From Antedon mediterranea (lineage: Eukaryota; Animalia; Echinodermata), in the NCBI RefSeq assembly GCF_964355755.1, contig NC_092677.1:24415175-24479174 (forward strand): DNA of 64,000 nt, read 5' to 3'. Positions within the stretch are counted from its first letter, which is position 1. Each line of letters begins with the position of its first letter. A program made the translations under genes and the position numbers. A model generated the notes under the pieces. That model did no database searches. It was given only the letters and a program-made list of their open reading frames with translations, and had not been told where the DNA came from. Below are positions 26,821 through 40,234 of this stretch, one piece after another.

Positions 26821-28262
26821 CGCTGACATTCCCCGTGCATTCTCAGTTTATTTATTTACTACATTTATTTATTCAATTTTGATTCACAAGGGTAGCTCTA
26901 ACAGGTGTACTAGTACAGCTGTCTTGAAGAGGCCCTTTTAAAAACATTATACAATTATACAAAAAGACATTAAAACATCAAATTACAAATAGATCCATAA
27001 AGCCTGTTTTCCTGTCGATCATTAAGTTGCGTTGAGTTGCGCTAAGTTGCGTTGAGTTGACATATTCAACGATTTGACAGGAAAAGGGGGTAAAAAATCA
27101 ACGTTACAAATCGTTAAAGTCTGAAATCATAAAATTACAAGTAGATTCATAAAGTTAAAATTCAGGTTTTTAAGAAGTTAAAACATTACAAGTTAAAATA
27201 TTAAAATTTACGGAGTAATTTATTTTTGCAAACTACTCCATCAAGAAACTAAAAGAAAATTAATACATTTGAGTTTTGAACTCTGCACTTTTATTTTTTA
27301 CTTGTTATTCTTGATTCTAGTGTTTTTATCAGATATTATTCGGAGTTTGTATTGGGTACACTGTGACGGGTACAAGTAGTACCATTAGGGTGTGTTCCAT
27401 GTATATATAGGAATTATAGGTGTAAAGGAATTATAGATATATTTATTTCAATAAACACCATTGCAACAACAAAAAAACAAAAACAAAAAACATTATGTTT
27501 AAATTTTGTTTTTTGAGCTACATTGTTTGTCTGTTGATAAGTGTGTAGTTTAGAAAGATTAGGTTGGTTGATTGTAAAGTATAGTAAATTATCAAATTGA
27601 TTTATTACAAAATAAATATTATATTTGTTATCTTTGTGAATATTTTGTATATAAAGATACATTTGAATAATTAGTTTCATTATTTATTTAATTTGTTAAG
27701 ATATTGAGTGTATCTGACAAAGGACAAACAAAAAGATTTAGTATAGATTGAGATGTGCACAAACTCGGCTAGTAAGATTTACTATCAGTCTTGTGTTTTG
27801 TCTTTTAACTTTGTAACTGTGTGTTTGTCTGTATTCAATTCATCCTATGTACGTTTAATTATTCACGTTTTTATTCAAACTTTGCATTTAGATCAACAAA
27901 ATACTTTCTTTATTATCTGTAATAAACAGCTATATACTCAGTCGGAATACTAATAAATATTAGATGGAAAAGAATTATTGTATCTTTATAATTATTTGGT
28001 TCTTACATTGGTTTAAACTTAATGAGATACAACTGAATATTGGAAGCAATATATCGTCAATTAATAGATGATCCTATAACATATGTTTTTTGTAATTTGT
28101 CGGATACCACTTTTTCATGGAGTTTACATAAATAATAATATTATCTGACTACATGTATTTTTGTAATTTTGCAATTAGTGATAGTTAAATCCAATGAATA
28201 ATTAAAATCACCAACGCGACCAATTTCCTAAGAAATTAGAAATGTATTTATTATTCTTATTA

Positions 28263-28834
28263 CACTGTAAAATATTGTTTAGATCTTAAACATCTATTTT
28301 GTACCAACTTTTTCATCTTTATTTTATTATTTATTTTTTTTATTTTTATTTTATTCAGTTCACAACCAACAGCGATGAAACCGCCACTAACAGGTTGGAT
28401 ATAAACATAATAAACTATAATAATAAATTCAAAGAAGCAACAAAAACATAAACAAAGATTGGAACATTATAGCGTGTTTAAAACCTAAACGTGTTTATAG
28501 CTACATTTTGTTTTCCTCCACTCGTTTAGCAGTCAACATGTAACTATTATGTTCAGTCAACATGTTTAGGTACGTGTTTAGCGTTGCGTGCAGCGCATAT
28601 GATTTTACTGTGGCGGAAAAAAAGCTCCACACATGAGCTCCACACGTGGCAAATTAATATTGCTTTATATTGCTCCACATGTTTAACAATAAGCATGTCA
28701 CTGATGTGTTGAGTTGGATACAGACTGCATGTTTAAAACCAAAACATGTTCATATCTAAACATGTTTAAGGCTAAATGTGTGGAAAACGCTGGTACAAAT
28801 AGATGTTTAAGATCTAAACACTATTTTTACAGTG
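28263..28834. mobile_element. Non-autonomous CACTG..CAGTG element (EnSpm/CACTA-like MITE)
   Basis: Long TIRs cactgtaaaa..tgtttagatcttaaacatctattt / aaatagatgtttaagatctaaaca..ttttacagtg. Full copies also at 41652-42223 and 58058-58629; only right ends remain at ~3178-3365 and ~16780-16966. Confidence 0.75.
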
Positions 28835-31274
28835 ATAATATGATTTTTGTTTGCTCGTCTGATTTCGCTGATGTCATCATCTGCCAGGGATGAATATTTC
28901 TATTTGTACAAATAAAACAAAATATTTCGTTGAGACAAGAACTAACTGATTATGTTGTATTCAGTGATATTTGAGAAAGTGTTGCCTAACTCAATGGTAA
29001 TCCTAAACGAATGTGTCCATCATAGAAGGACATACACATGGCTGCGTACAGTCGCGTGCTCAAGTTAGTGTTTACCGACCAACCGACATGTAGAGTCGCG
29101 TTGCACGTGACTAAAAACCGAAGCGAAAACCATTTTGACCGTATAAATGGTTTTTTTAACCTAAAATTATATTTTAATTTATGGGTCTCCTCTTGTGCTT
29201 TTAAAACTAAATTTCTTTCCATTCATATCCAAAATTTCAACATACTCAAATGATATTATCTAATTTATATTTAAATTGCACGTGCCATAATTAACTCACT
29301 CCTTTGTAGATTCATCCTCACCCTAAGAGTTTTGTATTTTCAAATAACAATGCAAAGTCCACTCACCTACAGATTCATTATATTCCCAACAGTGTCTATT
29401 CTCAATTTAATTCCTAGAACTTACATTGCCTGATGCTCAACACTGCTTTGCTTTAAGTATAAATACTGATTTTGAATTCAGTATAACAACTAGATTCATT
29501 TCAGCCACAACAAGCGGTTTTGTTCATATTTAATTCTGAGTAAAAGACGCAGCTGATGCTTCAACCTCTTTACGTAAAAAAAGAAATTCTGCAACAAGAT
29601 ACAAGAAACTTTTTTTTGTCTTCGTAAAAACAAAGAAATGTCGGTTGTCAGCAAATTCCATTAAAAAGATACATATACATAAACGGACTAAAGAATGAAA
29701 ATTAGTTACTTAGACTACTATTTTTTATATAAACAAAGACTTCTTATTTTTATTAAATAAAAAATATTGTTTGATTTAAAGATGTATTGTACCCCAAAAC
29801 ATAAAAAAATGAAGATTAATTTTTAAAAAGACTTTGAATAGGCCATTTCGCAGTGTTGATTAAGTTAATAACTTCTATAGAAAAAAGGATTTTATAATAA
29901 AATAAGGTTTTCACTTATAAAAAGACAAATTAGCGGTAAAATTCAACCAAAAACTGGATCGAAAAAAAAAATATTTTTCTGAAAAAATGTAATTTAAAGC
30001 AAAAAAAAAAAAACTTAAATGGTTTTGTTACAATTAACCGTTTCTCTTGTCTTTTTATAAGTGAAATAATTATTTTGTTGATTTGTTTTAAAGTAAATAA
30101 TAATAATAATAATAATAATAATAACTGGTAGGCCTACTTGATATAGCGCATTATGCTGAAAGCCTCAATGCGCTTTACATAGACAGAAACATTTAGAAAA
30201 TTACAAATTAAAAAGGTGGGTTTATAAATAAATAAACAGCTTTATTAAAACTTTTTTAGTTTTTCGGGGGACAATACATCTTTAACTATTTGTTTGTTTT
30301 AAATTAGGGCCTACAGTTTTTTCAGGTAAATATTTTTTTTCGATCCAATTTTTTGAATAACTACTGTATTATGTGACATTAAAATGGCATATTAAAAAAC
30401 ATTTAAAAAAACATTTTCAGGGGGACAATATCTTATCAAAACCGTTAGTTACACCAGTTAAATATACTCTATATGGTGACGTGTTTACGTTTAAAGCTCC
30501 ACAGGTATATATATGAGACATATTGAATTATCAAAAGAAAAGCAAAGTTCAATAATTAAATCATATTGCCCACAACCTGGTCTGGTAATGTAATTTAATA
30601 CACTTTAAGTGAATGTCATCTTAAAAAATTAATGAAGACAATCATGAAATAATTAGGCCTAGGTCTATGCATTATATTAGTGAGCTTTTGACAAACTAAC
30701 GGTTTATTTCTATTACCGATTTAATACGTATGTAAGAAGATGTTCATCTTTAAAGACGCAAGAATACTAGTACTAGGCCTAGTACTAGAACTATTGCCAT
30801 TCTGTTTCACAAATAATGCCAGACCTGGTATGTATTAAATGCATTTAACATTTAGAATTAAAGATGTATTGTCCCCCTGAAAAAATAATTCTTACAATTT
30901 TTTTTGTTAAATATGCCATTTTAATGTCACCTAATACTGTTGTTACGCTATCCACTTTTAGCAAAAATTAGATCGGGAAAAAAATGTATTTACCTAAAAG
31001 CAAAAGATAATTTTTTTTTTTTTTATTGAATTTAACCATTTATTTTGTCATTTTATAAGTGAAAACATTTTTTTTATATAATTATGTTCTGTGACCGTCT
31101 TCTCACAGTAGGTTAATGTTCATCTATTTCTGCATTCTTAAAATAACTATTATCTTTTGTTCATGTTTTATGTTGGTTGATGTTATGAGTTTACTGTACG
31201 GTATAAAACATATTTCGGTTTTTGCCGATTGTTCTCAGGTTTTATGAAATTGTCAAAACTTTGAAAAGTGTTTT

Positions 31275-32308
31275 TCTGTTAGTGTTAGTGTCTAAGATAC
31301 AACAGTATTGACAACACGTAACATTTTGTTAGTGTTTGGTTCTTTTAGTGTTCAAATTTCCACCATACAACAGTGTTGAAAACACGTAGCATTTTGTTCT
31401 GCTAGTGTCCATATTCCAGCAAACAACAGTGTTGAAAACGCGTATCATTTTGTTAGTGTTTGGATCTTTTAGTGTCCATGTTTCCACCATACAACAGTGT
31501 TGAACACACGATCATTTTGTTAGTATTTGGTTCTGTTGGTGTCCATGTTTCCACCATACAACAGTGTTGAACACACGATCATTTTGTTAGTATTTGGTTC
31601 TGTTGGTGTCCATGTTTCCACCATACAACAGTGTTGACTAACATTTTGTTAGCGTTTGGTTCTATTAGTGTTAAAGTTTCCATCATACAACAGTGTTGAA
31701 AACACGTAGCATTTTGTTAGTGTTTGGTTCTATTAGTGTTAAAGTTTCCACCATACAACAGTGTTGAAAACACGTAGCATTTTGTTAGCGTTTGGTTATA
31801 TTATTGTTCAAATTTCTACCTTACAACAGTGTTGAACACACGTAGCATTTTGTTAGTGTTTGGTTCTATTAGTGTTAAAGTTTCCACCATACAACAGTGT
31901 TGAAAACACGTAGCATTTTGTTAGCGTTTGGTTATATTATTGTTCAAATTTCCACCTTACAACAGTGTTGAACACACGTAGCATTGTGTTATAAGTGCTT
32001 GGTTCTGTTAGTGTCCATGTTTCCACCATACAACAGTGTTGACAAACATTTTGTTAGTGTTTGGTTCTTTTAGTGTTCAAGTTTCTACCATACAACAGTG
32101 TTGAAAACGCATAGCATTTTGTTAGCGTTTGGTTCTGTTAGTGTTCAAGTTTCCACCATACAACAGTGTTGAAAACGCATAGCATTTTGTTAGCGTTTGG
32201 TTCTGTTAGTGTTCATGTTTCCACCATACAACAGTGTTGAAAACACGTAGCATTTTGCATCGTGTTTTGGTCTGTTAATGTCCATGTTTCCACCCTACAA
32301 CAGTGTAA
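31275..32308. repeat. ~60-bp minisatellite (copy 3)
   Basis: Same unit, about 17 copies. Confidence 0.92.
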
Positions 32309-33157
32309 CAATCTGTATACTGTGGTCTAGAGCCTCAATAACGTATAACTGTGTGCGTGTATGGCGAAGCTTATACGTTACCGGACACAGTCGAATACAT
32401 TTGTTTTAAAGAAAATCTTATTTTAGAACTTATTAAATTATTATTAACAAGGCATATCCATGGCTGCAGTCGCGTGCTCAAGTTAGTGTTTACCAACCAA
32501 CCGACCGAAAAACGCGACTCAAAAGCTAAGCATTAAACTATTGGGAACTCATGATACAATACATTCCAATTAATTGTTTATGATGCTTTCTGTTTTCTTT
32601 ATTTTAAATTTTAAGGTTTTAACCATATTTTATGTTGAATATAAAATTAATTTTAAGAGGATAATTCATATTTAAAGTTTTGCAAATTTACCATCTTTGA
32701 ATTATTTAAAAAATAATGTTTGATTTATGCAACAGACCTACTGTAAAAATTAATTTTTGATTAGTGTTTTTTTATTGGTGAACATCGAACAAATATACAC
32801 ATTATTATTTAAAAACAATACTGTAATTTAAAACTAGTAGTATAGTACATAAATATATAGGCCAAATGCTTATTTGTGTCATATTTTAAATTAAATTCTT
32901 CATTCTTCCGTTGCAAAATGTAAATTAAATGGTGAGTTTATTTGCTGATAAGCACAAACGGATGTATAAAAGTATTATTGTCAGAAATCTTAATAAATGT
33001 GATAATTCATTTCAAAAAATCCACACCAATCTATATTTATTTATTTGAAAAAAATGTTGATTGTCTTTGAATTGTTTAATGAATTATTTAGTAGTATTAG
33101 TATGCATGGTATATAATTAATGAAACTATATATCTTTTACATTTCACAACTTTTAAG

Positions 33158-36100
33158 GGATTTGCAAAACAATCAAATTAGAACATTGACAGAGAATGCA
33201 TTCGCTGGTTTGAAATCATTGGAAGGACTGTAAGTGACGTTGTTTATGTTTACATACCTATGACGTTAATCCTAATGTTATTTACTGCACAATATACACA
33301 CATTTAAAAACATTATTTTAAAACTAGTACATAAATATAGGCCAATGCTTATTGTGTCATATTCTAAATTAAATTCGTCAATATTAAACTGTATGAAAGC
33401 AAACTTGAGCTTGAAACTGTAAAGGCTTTCCGTTGCAAAATGTAAATTAAATTGTGAGTTTAGCAATTATTTGCTGATATGCTCACAATGATAAATGTGT
33501 TATTGTCAGAAATCTTAATAAATGTGATAATTCATTGCAAAAAATCCACATCAATATATATTTAATTTATATTTCAATAATCTAAAAATGGTTCATTATT
33601 ATATTTAATGAGTATTTAGCAGTATAGTAGGCCTGTGGTGTAATGAATAAAACAACAATATACACAATATGTATACATAGATATATGATGTGTGCTTTTT
33701 TAATGAAATCAAATCGTTCAATCAAATAACAGGAAATATTCAGGTGTTATATAGTATGCTATAATTAATAAAACTATCTTTTACATTTTATAATTTTGAA
33801 GGTGGTTGGACAACAATCAAATTAGTACATTGACAGCCAATGCATTTGCTGGTTTGGAATCATTAGGAGGACTGTAAGTGACGTTGTTTATGTTTACATA
33901 CCTATGACGTAAATCTTAATGTTATTTACTCCACAATATACACATATTTAAAAACAATATTTTAAAACTAGTACATAAATATATGCCAATGCTTATTGTG
34001 TCATATTCTAAATTAAATTCCTCATATTAAACTGTATGAAAGCAAACTTGAGCATGAAACTGTAAAGGCTTTCCGTTACAAAATGTAAATTAAATGGTGA
34101 GTTTAGCAATTATTTGTTGCTGATATGGTCACAATGATGTATAAAAGTGTTATTGTCAGAAATCTTAATAAATGTGATAATTCATTGCAAAAAAATCCAC
34201 ATCAGTCTATATTTAATCATTTTAATAATTAAAAAAATGTTGATTGTCTTTTAATTGTTTAATGAATTATTTAGCAGTATAATATGGTATAATTAATAAA
34301 ACTTTCATATTTCACAACTTTTAAGGGGGTTGCAGTACAATCAAATTAGAACATTGACAGAGAATACATTCGCAGGTTTGGAATCATTGGAATGGCTGTA
34401 AGTGACGTTGTTTATGTTTACATACCTATGACGTTAATCATAATGTTATTTACTCCACAATATACACATATTTAAAAAACAATATTTTTAAACTAGTACA
34501 TAAATATATAGGCCAATGCTTATTGTGTCATATTCAAAATGAAATTCCTCAATATTAAACTGTATGAAAGCAAACTTGAGCCTGAAACTGTAAAGGCTTT
34601 CCGTTGCAAAATGTAAATTAAATGGCGAGTTTAGCAATTATTTTCTGTTAATCACACAATGATGTATAAATGTGTTATTGTCAGAAATCTTAATAAATGT
34701 GATAATTCATTGCAAAGTATCCACATCAGTCTATATTTAATTTATATTTCAATAATCTAAAAATGGTTCATTGTTATATTTAATAAGTATTTAGCAGCAT
34801 AGTAGGCCTGTGGTGTAATGAATAAAACAACAATATACACAATATGTATACATAGATATATGATGTGTGCTTTTTTAATGAAATCAAATCGTTCAATCAA
34901 ATAACAGGAAATATTCAGGTGTTATATAGTATGCTATAATTAATAAAACTATCTTTTACATTTTATAATTTTGAAGGTGGTTGGACAACAATCAAATTAG
35001 TACATTGACAGCCAATGCATTTGCTGGTTTGGAATCATTAGGAGGACTGTAAGTGACGTTGTTTATGTTTACATACCTATGACGTAAATCTTAATGTTAT
35101 TTACTCCACAATATACACATATTTAAAAACAATATTTTAAAACTAGTACATAAATATATGCCAATGCTTATTGTGTCATATTCTAAATTAAATTCCTCAT
35201 ATTAAACTGTATGAAAGCAAACTTGAGCATGAAACTGTAAAGGCTTTCCGTTACAAAATGTAAATTAAATGGTGAGTTTAGCAATTATTTGTTGCTGATA
35301 TGGTCACAATGATGTATAAAAGTGTTATTGTCAGAAATCTTAATAAATGTGATAATTCATTGCAAAAAAATCCACATCAGTCTATATTTAATCATTTTAA
35401 TAATTAAAAAAATGTTGATTGTCTTTTAATTGTTTAATGAATTATTTAGCAGTATAATATGGTATAATTAATAAAACTTTCATATTTCACAACTTTTAAG
35501 GGGGTTGCAGTACAATCAAATTAGAACATTGACAGAGAATACATTCGCAGGTTTGGAATCATTGGAATGGCTGTAAGTGACGTTGTTTATGTTTACATAC
35601 CTATGACGTTAATCATAATGTTATTTACTCCACAATATACACATATTTAAAAAACAATATTTTTAAACTAGTACATAAATATATAGGCCAATGCTTATTG
35701 TGTCATATTCAAAATGAAATTCCTCAATATTAAACTGTATGAAAGCAAACTTGAGCCTGAAACTGTAAAGGCTTTCCGTTGCAAAATGTAAATTAAATGG
35801 CGAGTTTAGCAATTATTTTCTGTTAATCACACAATGATGTATAAATGTGTTATTGTCAGAAATCTTAATAAATGTGATAATTCATTGCAAAGTATCCACA
35901 TCAGTCTATATTTAATTTATATTTCAATAATCTAAAAATGGTTCATTGTTATATTTAATAAGTATTTAGCAGCATAGTAAGCCTGTGGTGTAATGAATAA
36001 AACAACAATACATACAATATGTGATGTAAGATATATGATGTGTGCTTTTTTAATGAAATCAAATCGTTCAATCAAATAACAGGAAATATTCAGGTGTTAT

Positions 36101-37867
36101 ATAGTATGGTATAATTAATAAAACTATCTTTTACATTTCATAATTATGAAGGTGGTTGTACAGCAATCAAATTAGTACATTGACAGCCAATGCATTCGCT
36201 GGTTTGGAATCATTGAAATACCTGTAAGTGACGTTGTTTATGTTTACCTATGACGTTAATTATAATGTTATTTACTGCACAATATATACATATTTAAAAA
36301 CAATAGTTTAAAACTAGTACATACAAATAGGCCAATGCTTATTGTGTCATATTCAAAATGAAATTCTCCTATATTAAACTGTATGAAAGCAAACTTGAGC
36401 ATGAAAGTGAAAAGGCTTTCCGTTACAAAATGTAAATTAAATTGTGAGTTTAGCAATTATTTGCTGATATGCTCACAATGATTGTATAAATGTGTTATTG
36501 TCAGAAATATTAATAAAGGTGATAATTGATTGCAAAGCATCCACATCAGCCTATATTTATTTATTTGAATAATTAAAAAAAATGTTGATTGTCTTTTAAT
36601 TGTTTAATGAAATATTTAGCAGTATAATATGGTATAATTAATAAAACTTTCATATTTCACAACTTTGAAGGAGGTTGCAAAACAATCAAATTAGAACATT
36701 GACAGAGAATGCATTCGCTGGTTTGAAATCATTGGAACGTCTGTAAGTGACGTTGTTTATGTTTACATACCTATGAAGTTAATCCTAATGTTATTTAGTG
36801 CACAATATACACATATTTAAAAACAATATTTTAAAACTAGTACATAAATATATAGGCCAATGCTTATTGTGTCATATTCTAAATGAAATTCCTCAATATT
36901 AAACTGTATGAAAGCAAACTTGAGCCTGAAACTGTAAAGGCTTTCCGTTGCAAAATGTAAATTAAATGGTGAGTTTAGCAATTATTTGCTGATATGCTCA
37001 CAATGATGTATAAAAGTGTTATTGTCAGAAATCACAATAAAGGTGATAATTCATTGCAAAGCATCCACATCAGCCTATATTTATTCATGAATTATTTAGC
37101 AGTATAATATGGTATAATTAATAAAACTGTCATATTTCACAACTTTAAAGGTCGTTAAGCAGAAATCAAATTAGTACATTGACAGAGAATGCATTCGCTG
37201 GTTTGAAATCATTAAGAGAACTGTAAGTGACGTTGTTTATGTTTACATATGACGTTAATCCTAATGTTATTTACTGCACAATATACACATATTTACAAAA
37301 CAATATTTTAAACTAGTACATAAATATAGACCAATGCTTATTGTGTCATATTCTAAATTAAATTCCTTAATATTAAACTGTATGAAAGCAAACTTGAGCC
37401 TGAAACTGTAAATGCTTTCCGTTGCAAAATGTAAATTAAATGGCGAGTTTAGCAATTATTTTCTGTTAATCACACAATGATGTATAAAAGTGTTATTGTC
37501 AGAAATCTTAATAAAGGTGATAATTCATTGCAAAGCATCCACATCAGCCTATATTTAATTTATATTTTAATAATCTAAAAATGGTTCATTGTTATATTTA
37601 ATAAGTATTTAGCAGCATAGTAGGCCTGTGGTGTAATGAATAAAACAACAATACACACAATATGTATACATAGATATATGGTGTGTGCTTTTTTAATGAA
37701 GTCAAATCATTCAATCAAATAACATGAAATATTCAGGTGTTATATAGTATGGTATAATTAATAAAAACTATCTTTTACATTTCATAATTTTGAAGGTGGT
37801 TGCAAAACAATCAAATTAGTACATTGACAGAGAATGCATTTGCTGGTTTGGAATCATTGAAAGACCT
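33158..37867 (+). repeat. LRR exon-cassette array, copy 3 (9 exons)
   Basis: DLQNN..EGL, WLDNN..GGL, GLQYN..EWL, WLDNN..GGL, GLQYN..EWL, WLYSN..KYL, RLQNN..ERL, SLSRN..REL, WLQNN..KDL. Confidence 0.95.
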
Positions 37868-39249
37868 GTAAGTGTTATTCTTCATCATATCCACATACGT
37901 ACCTCCATACTGTATATCATGTTATATACACATTACACACATTGTACATATACATCGTAACCTTATTTTGTTACTTTTGTCAACATGGATTATTTTCATA
38001 ATAATTCATTATTGAGTAAATCAAAATTATAGTATTTATTAGTTTGTTACCATTATTAGGAATATTTAGCCTGTGAATCAAATTTAAGTTAGTAAGCTAT
38101 AAGATTTAAAAAGAAATTTTTAATTTTATTCGTATTTATTCATTCATTTTGACACACCAGCCCTGGTTTTTATTCTTACAAAGTTATTACAATTTAATCT
38201 CACTCTTATTTGTTGTGACGAAATACCTCTCCTCATAGAATTGACCAATATACATTAACTATTAGCTTAATTAAACAGGTATTTACAGGACAACAAAATA
38301 ACTACTATTGATCAAGGCGCCTTCTCTGTTTTTGCCTTATCACTTGGAAAACTGTAAGTAATTTATTCTGAAATTCATGCAGTTTCTCGAAATAATTAAT
38401 CACTTCAATTAGGTACTTTTCTTATGCTATAAACATGTTATCCAAGAAAAAACGGTATCAACAGGATAGGTTTACATACATTTTTTAAACATGGGTAAAT
38501 TTTTACATTCATTATCGTATCTGGCTCATTCCATGGAGTTGAACATGAGAAAGCATTTTAAAAGTTAATCTAACAAGTAGAACAAACAACTTTTTATATA
38601 ATTAAACATATAAGTAGAAGGATTATCTTAAGTGCCGACGGTGATAAAAATATTATTTTGAGACTACATTGCATCAGTTAGACACTAAATTGATTGTGGT
38701 ATACCTTCATTAATACGATATCACTAAAACGACATCGGTGCTATCCAAATGAGACATACTCGTAGATATTTAGTTACATGTGAGCTACACTCATTGACAC
38801 TGATTTCATATTTGTTTCCATATTTATTTTTTTTTTTACAGAGACATCAGACGCAACAATTTACAAGTTTACAGAGAAAGTACTTTTGAAGAATTGAAAT
38901 AATAACAGAATTGTAAGTATTATGTCGGATTTAGAAATTCTTTATATTCATTAAATGATATTTTTATTTTGTTTTAACACAGTTACCAATTCCACATGCA
39001 TGCCGACAGTGGCCCAACAAAATTGTTTATGTAGGCCTACAGCTTTTAGGTTATTTTAAATTTCTCCTTCACTTCTATCTTTTAAATTGGTCGTACACGT
39101 CATACTTTTACTATACGAGTAGATTTGATTGGCTGTAAAGCAGTCGTTATTCCACCTGTTATAGAACTAAAACCATTATAAACATTGTTATAGTAGGCTA
39201 CTACTGTATTTAACAACTTCCATTAAATTCAATTGTTTTTTTAACATAG

Positions 39250-40234
39250 ATATTCAGATTTGTTTCGTCTCTGTTGTGTTGTTGGAGAAATTGAAGTATG
39301 TGAGCCTACTGATGCTTTTGCGTCCTGCGCTGACTTACTAAAGAGAGAAGTTCTTAGGATATTGATGATAGTTATTGGACTGTCATCTTTTATCGGTAAC
39401 TTGATTGTCATCATATCGCGAAGGATAAACAAAGAAAATAGGTCTACAGTTGATTCTATTCTACTCACTAATCTTGCCGCGGCTGACTTGCTGATGGCAA
39501 TTTATTTGCTGATCATCGCAGGTGCAGATATACACTACAGAGGAAGGTACGCGAAGGTTGCCAGCGAATGGAAAAACAGCTTTCTCTGCTCTTTTTCCGG
39601 TGCTATTTCAACACTGTCTGGGCAGTGTTCCGTGTCAACCTTGATGGTTATGAGTATTAACCGTGCTATAAACATCGTCTATCCATTCAGCACCAAACGG
39701 CTCAAACGTACGAAATGCAAAATTATCATCGGTATTGCTTGGCTGGTATGGCTTTTTGTTAGTTTCCTTCCACTGGTAGCTAACAAGTCACATGTCGGCA
39801 TACCATATTTTGGCGAGAACTACTACGGAAAACAAAGTGTGTGTCTCGCGTTGCCACTAACACGACATCGATTACCAGGCTGGGAGTACGCCACGGCCAT
39901 ATTCATCGCATTCAATGGCTTGGGTTTTTTTGTTATCACAGCAAGTTATTTGACGATTTTCCTCTCCGTTAAGAGATCTGCAATCACGGCTAACAGAATG
40001 CAGAGACGAGAAGAGGAAATCAAAATGGCCGTGAAACTAGGGTTTATTGTTTTCACCGATTTCTGTTGCTGGTTTCCCATCATAGTAATGGGAATTTGTT
40101 CAGAGATGGAGTGGTGGAGAATTCCTGATGATATATACGTTTGGGCAGCAACATTTATAATTCCCATTAACTCATCAGTAAACCCATATCTTTACACAAT
40201 TATTTATATGTGTAAAAGCGAGCGTAGGCCATAA
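39250..40234 (+). CDS. Hinge + 7TM terminal exon, copy 3
   Basis: Intact 324-aa ORF 39260-40234, near-identical to the other copies. Confidence 0.93.

Larger units (their letters stand above)
30740..40234 (+). pseudogene. LRR-GPCR copy 3, 9 variable LRR exons; N-cap exon deleted and stop in last LRR exon
   Basis: Exon 1 at 30740-30827; deletion junction at ~32788 removes exon 2. LRR exons start 33158, 33802, 34326, 34977, 35501, 36152, 36671, 37151, 37796. Fixed exons 38279-38353 and 38842-38912 (71 bp, TAA at 38900). Terminal exon 39250-40234. Confidence 0.85.

Noticed and set aside
27414-29253. Small intergenic ORFs repeated between units
   Set aside because: AT-rich, low-information sequence, broken by indels in other units.
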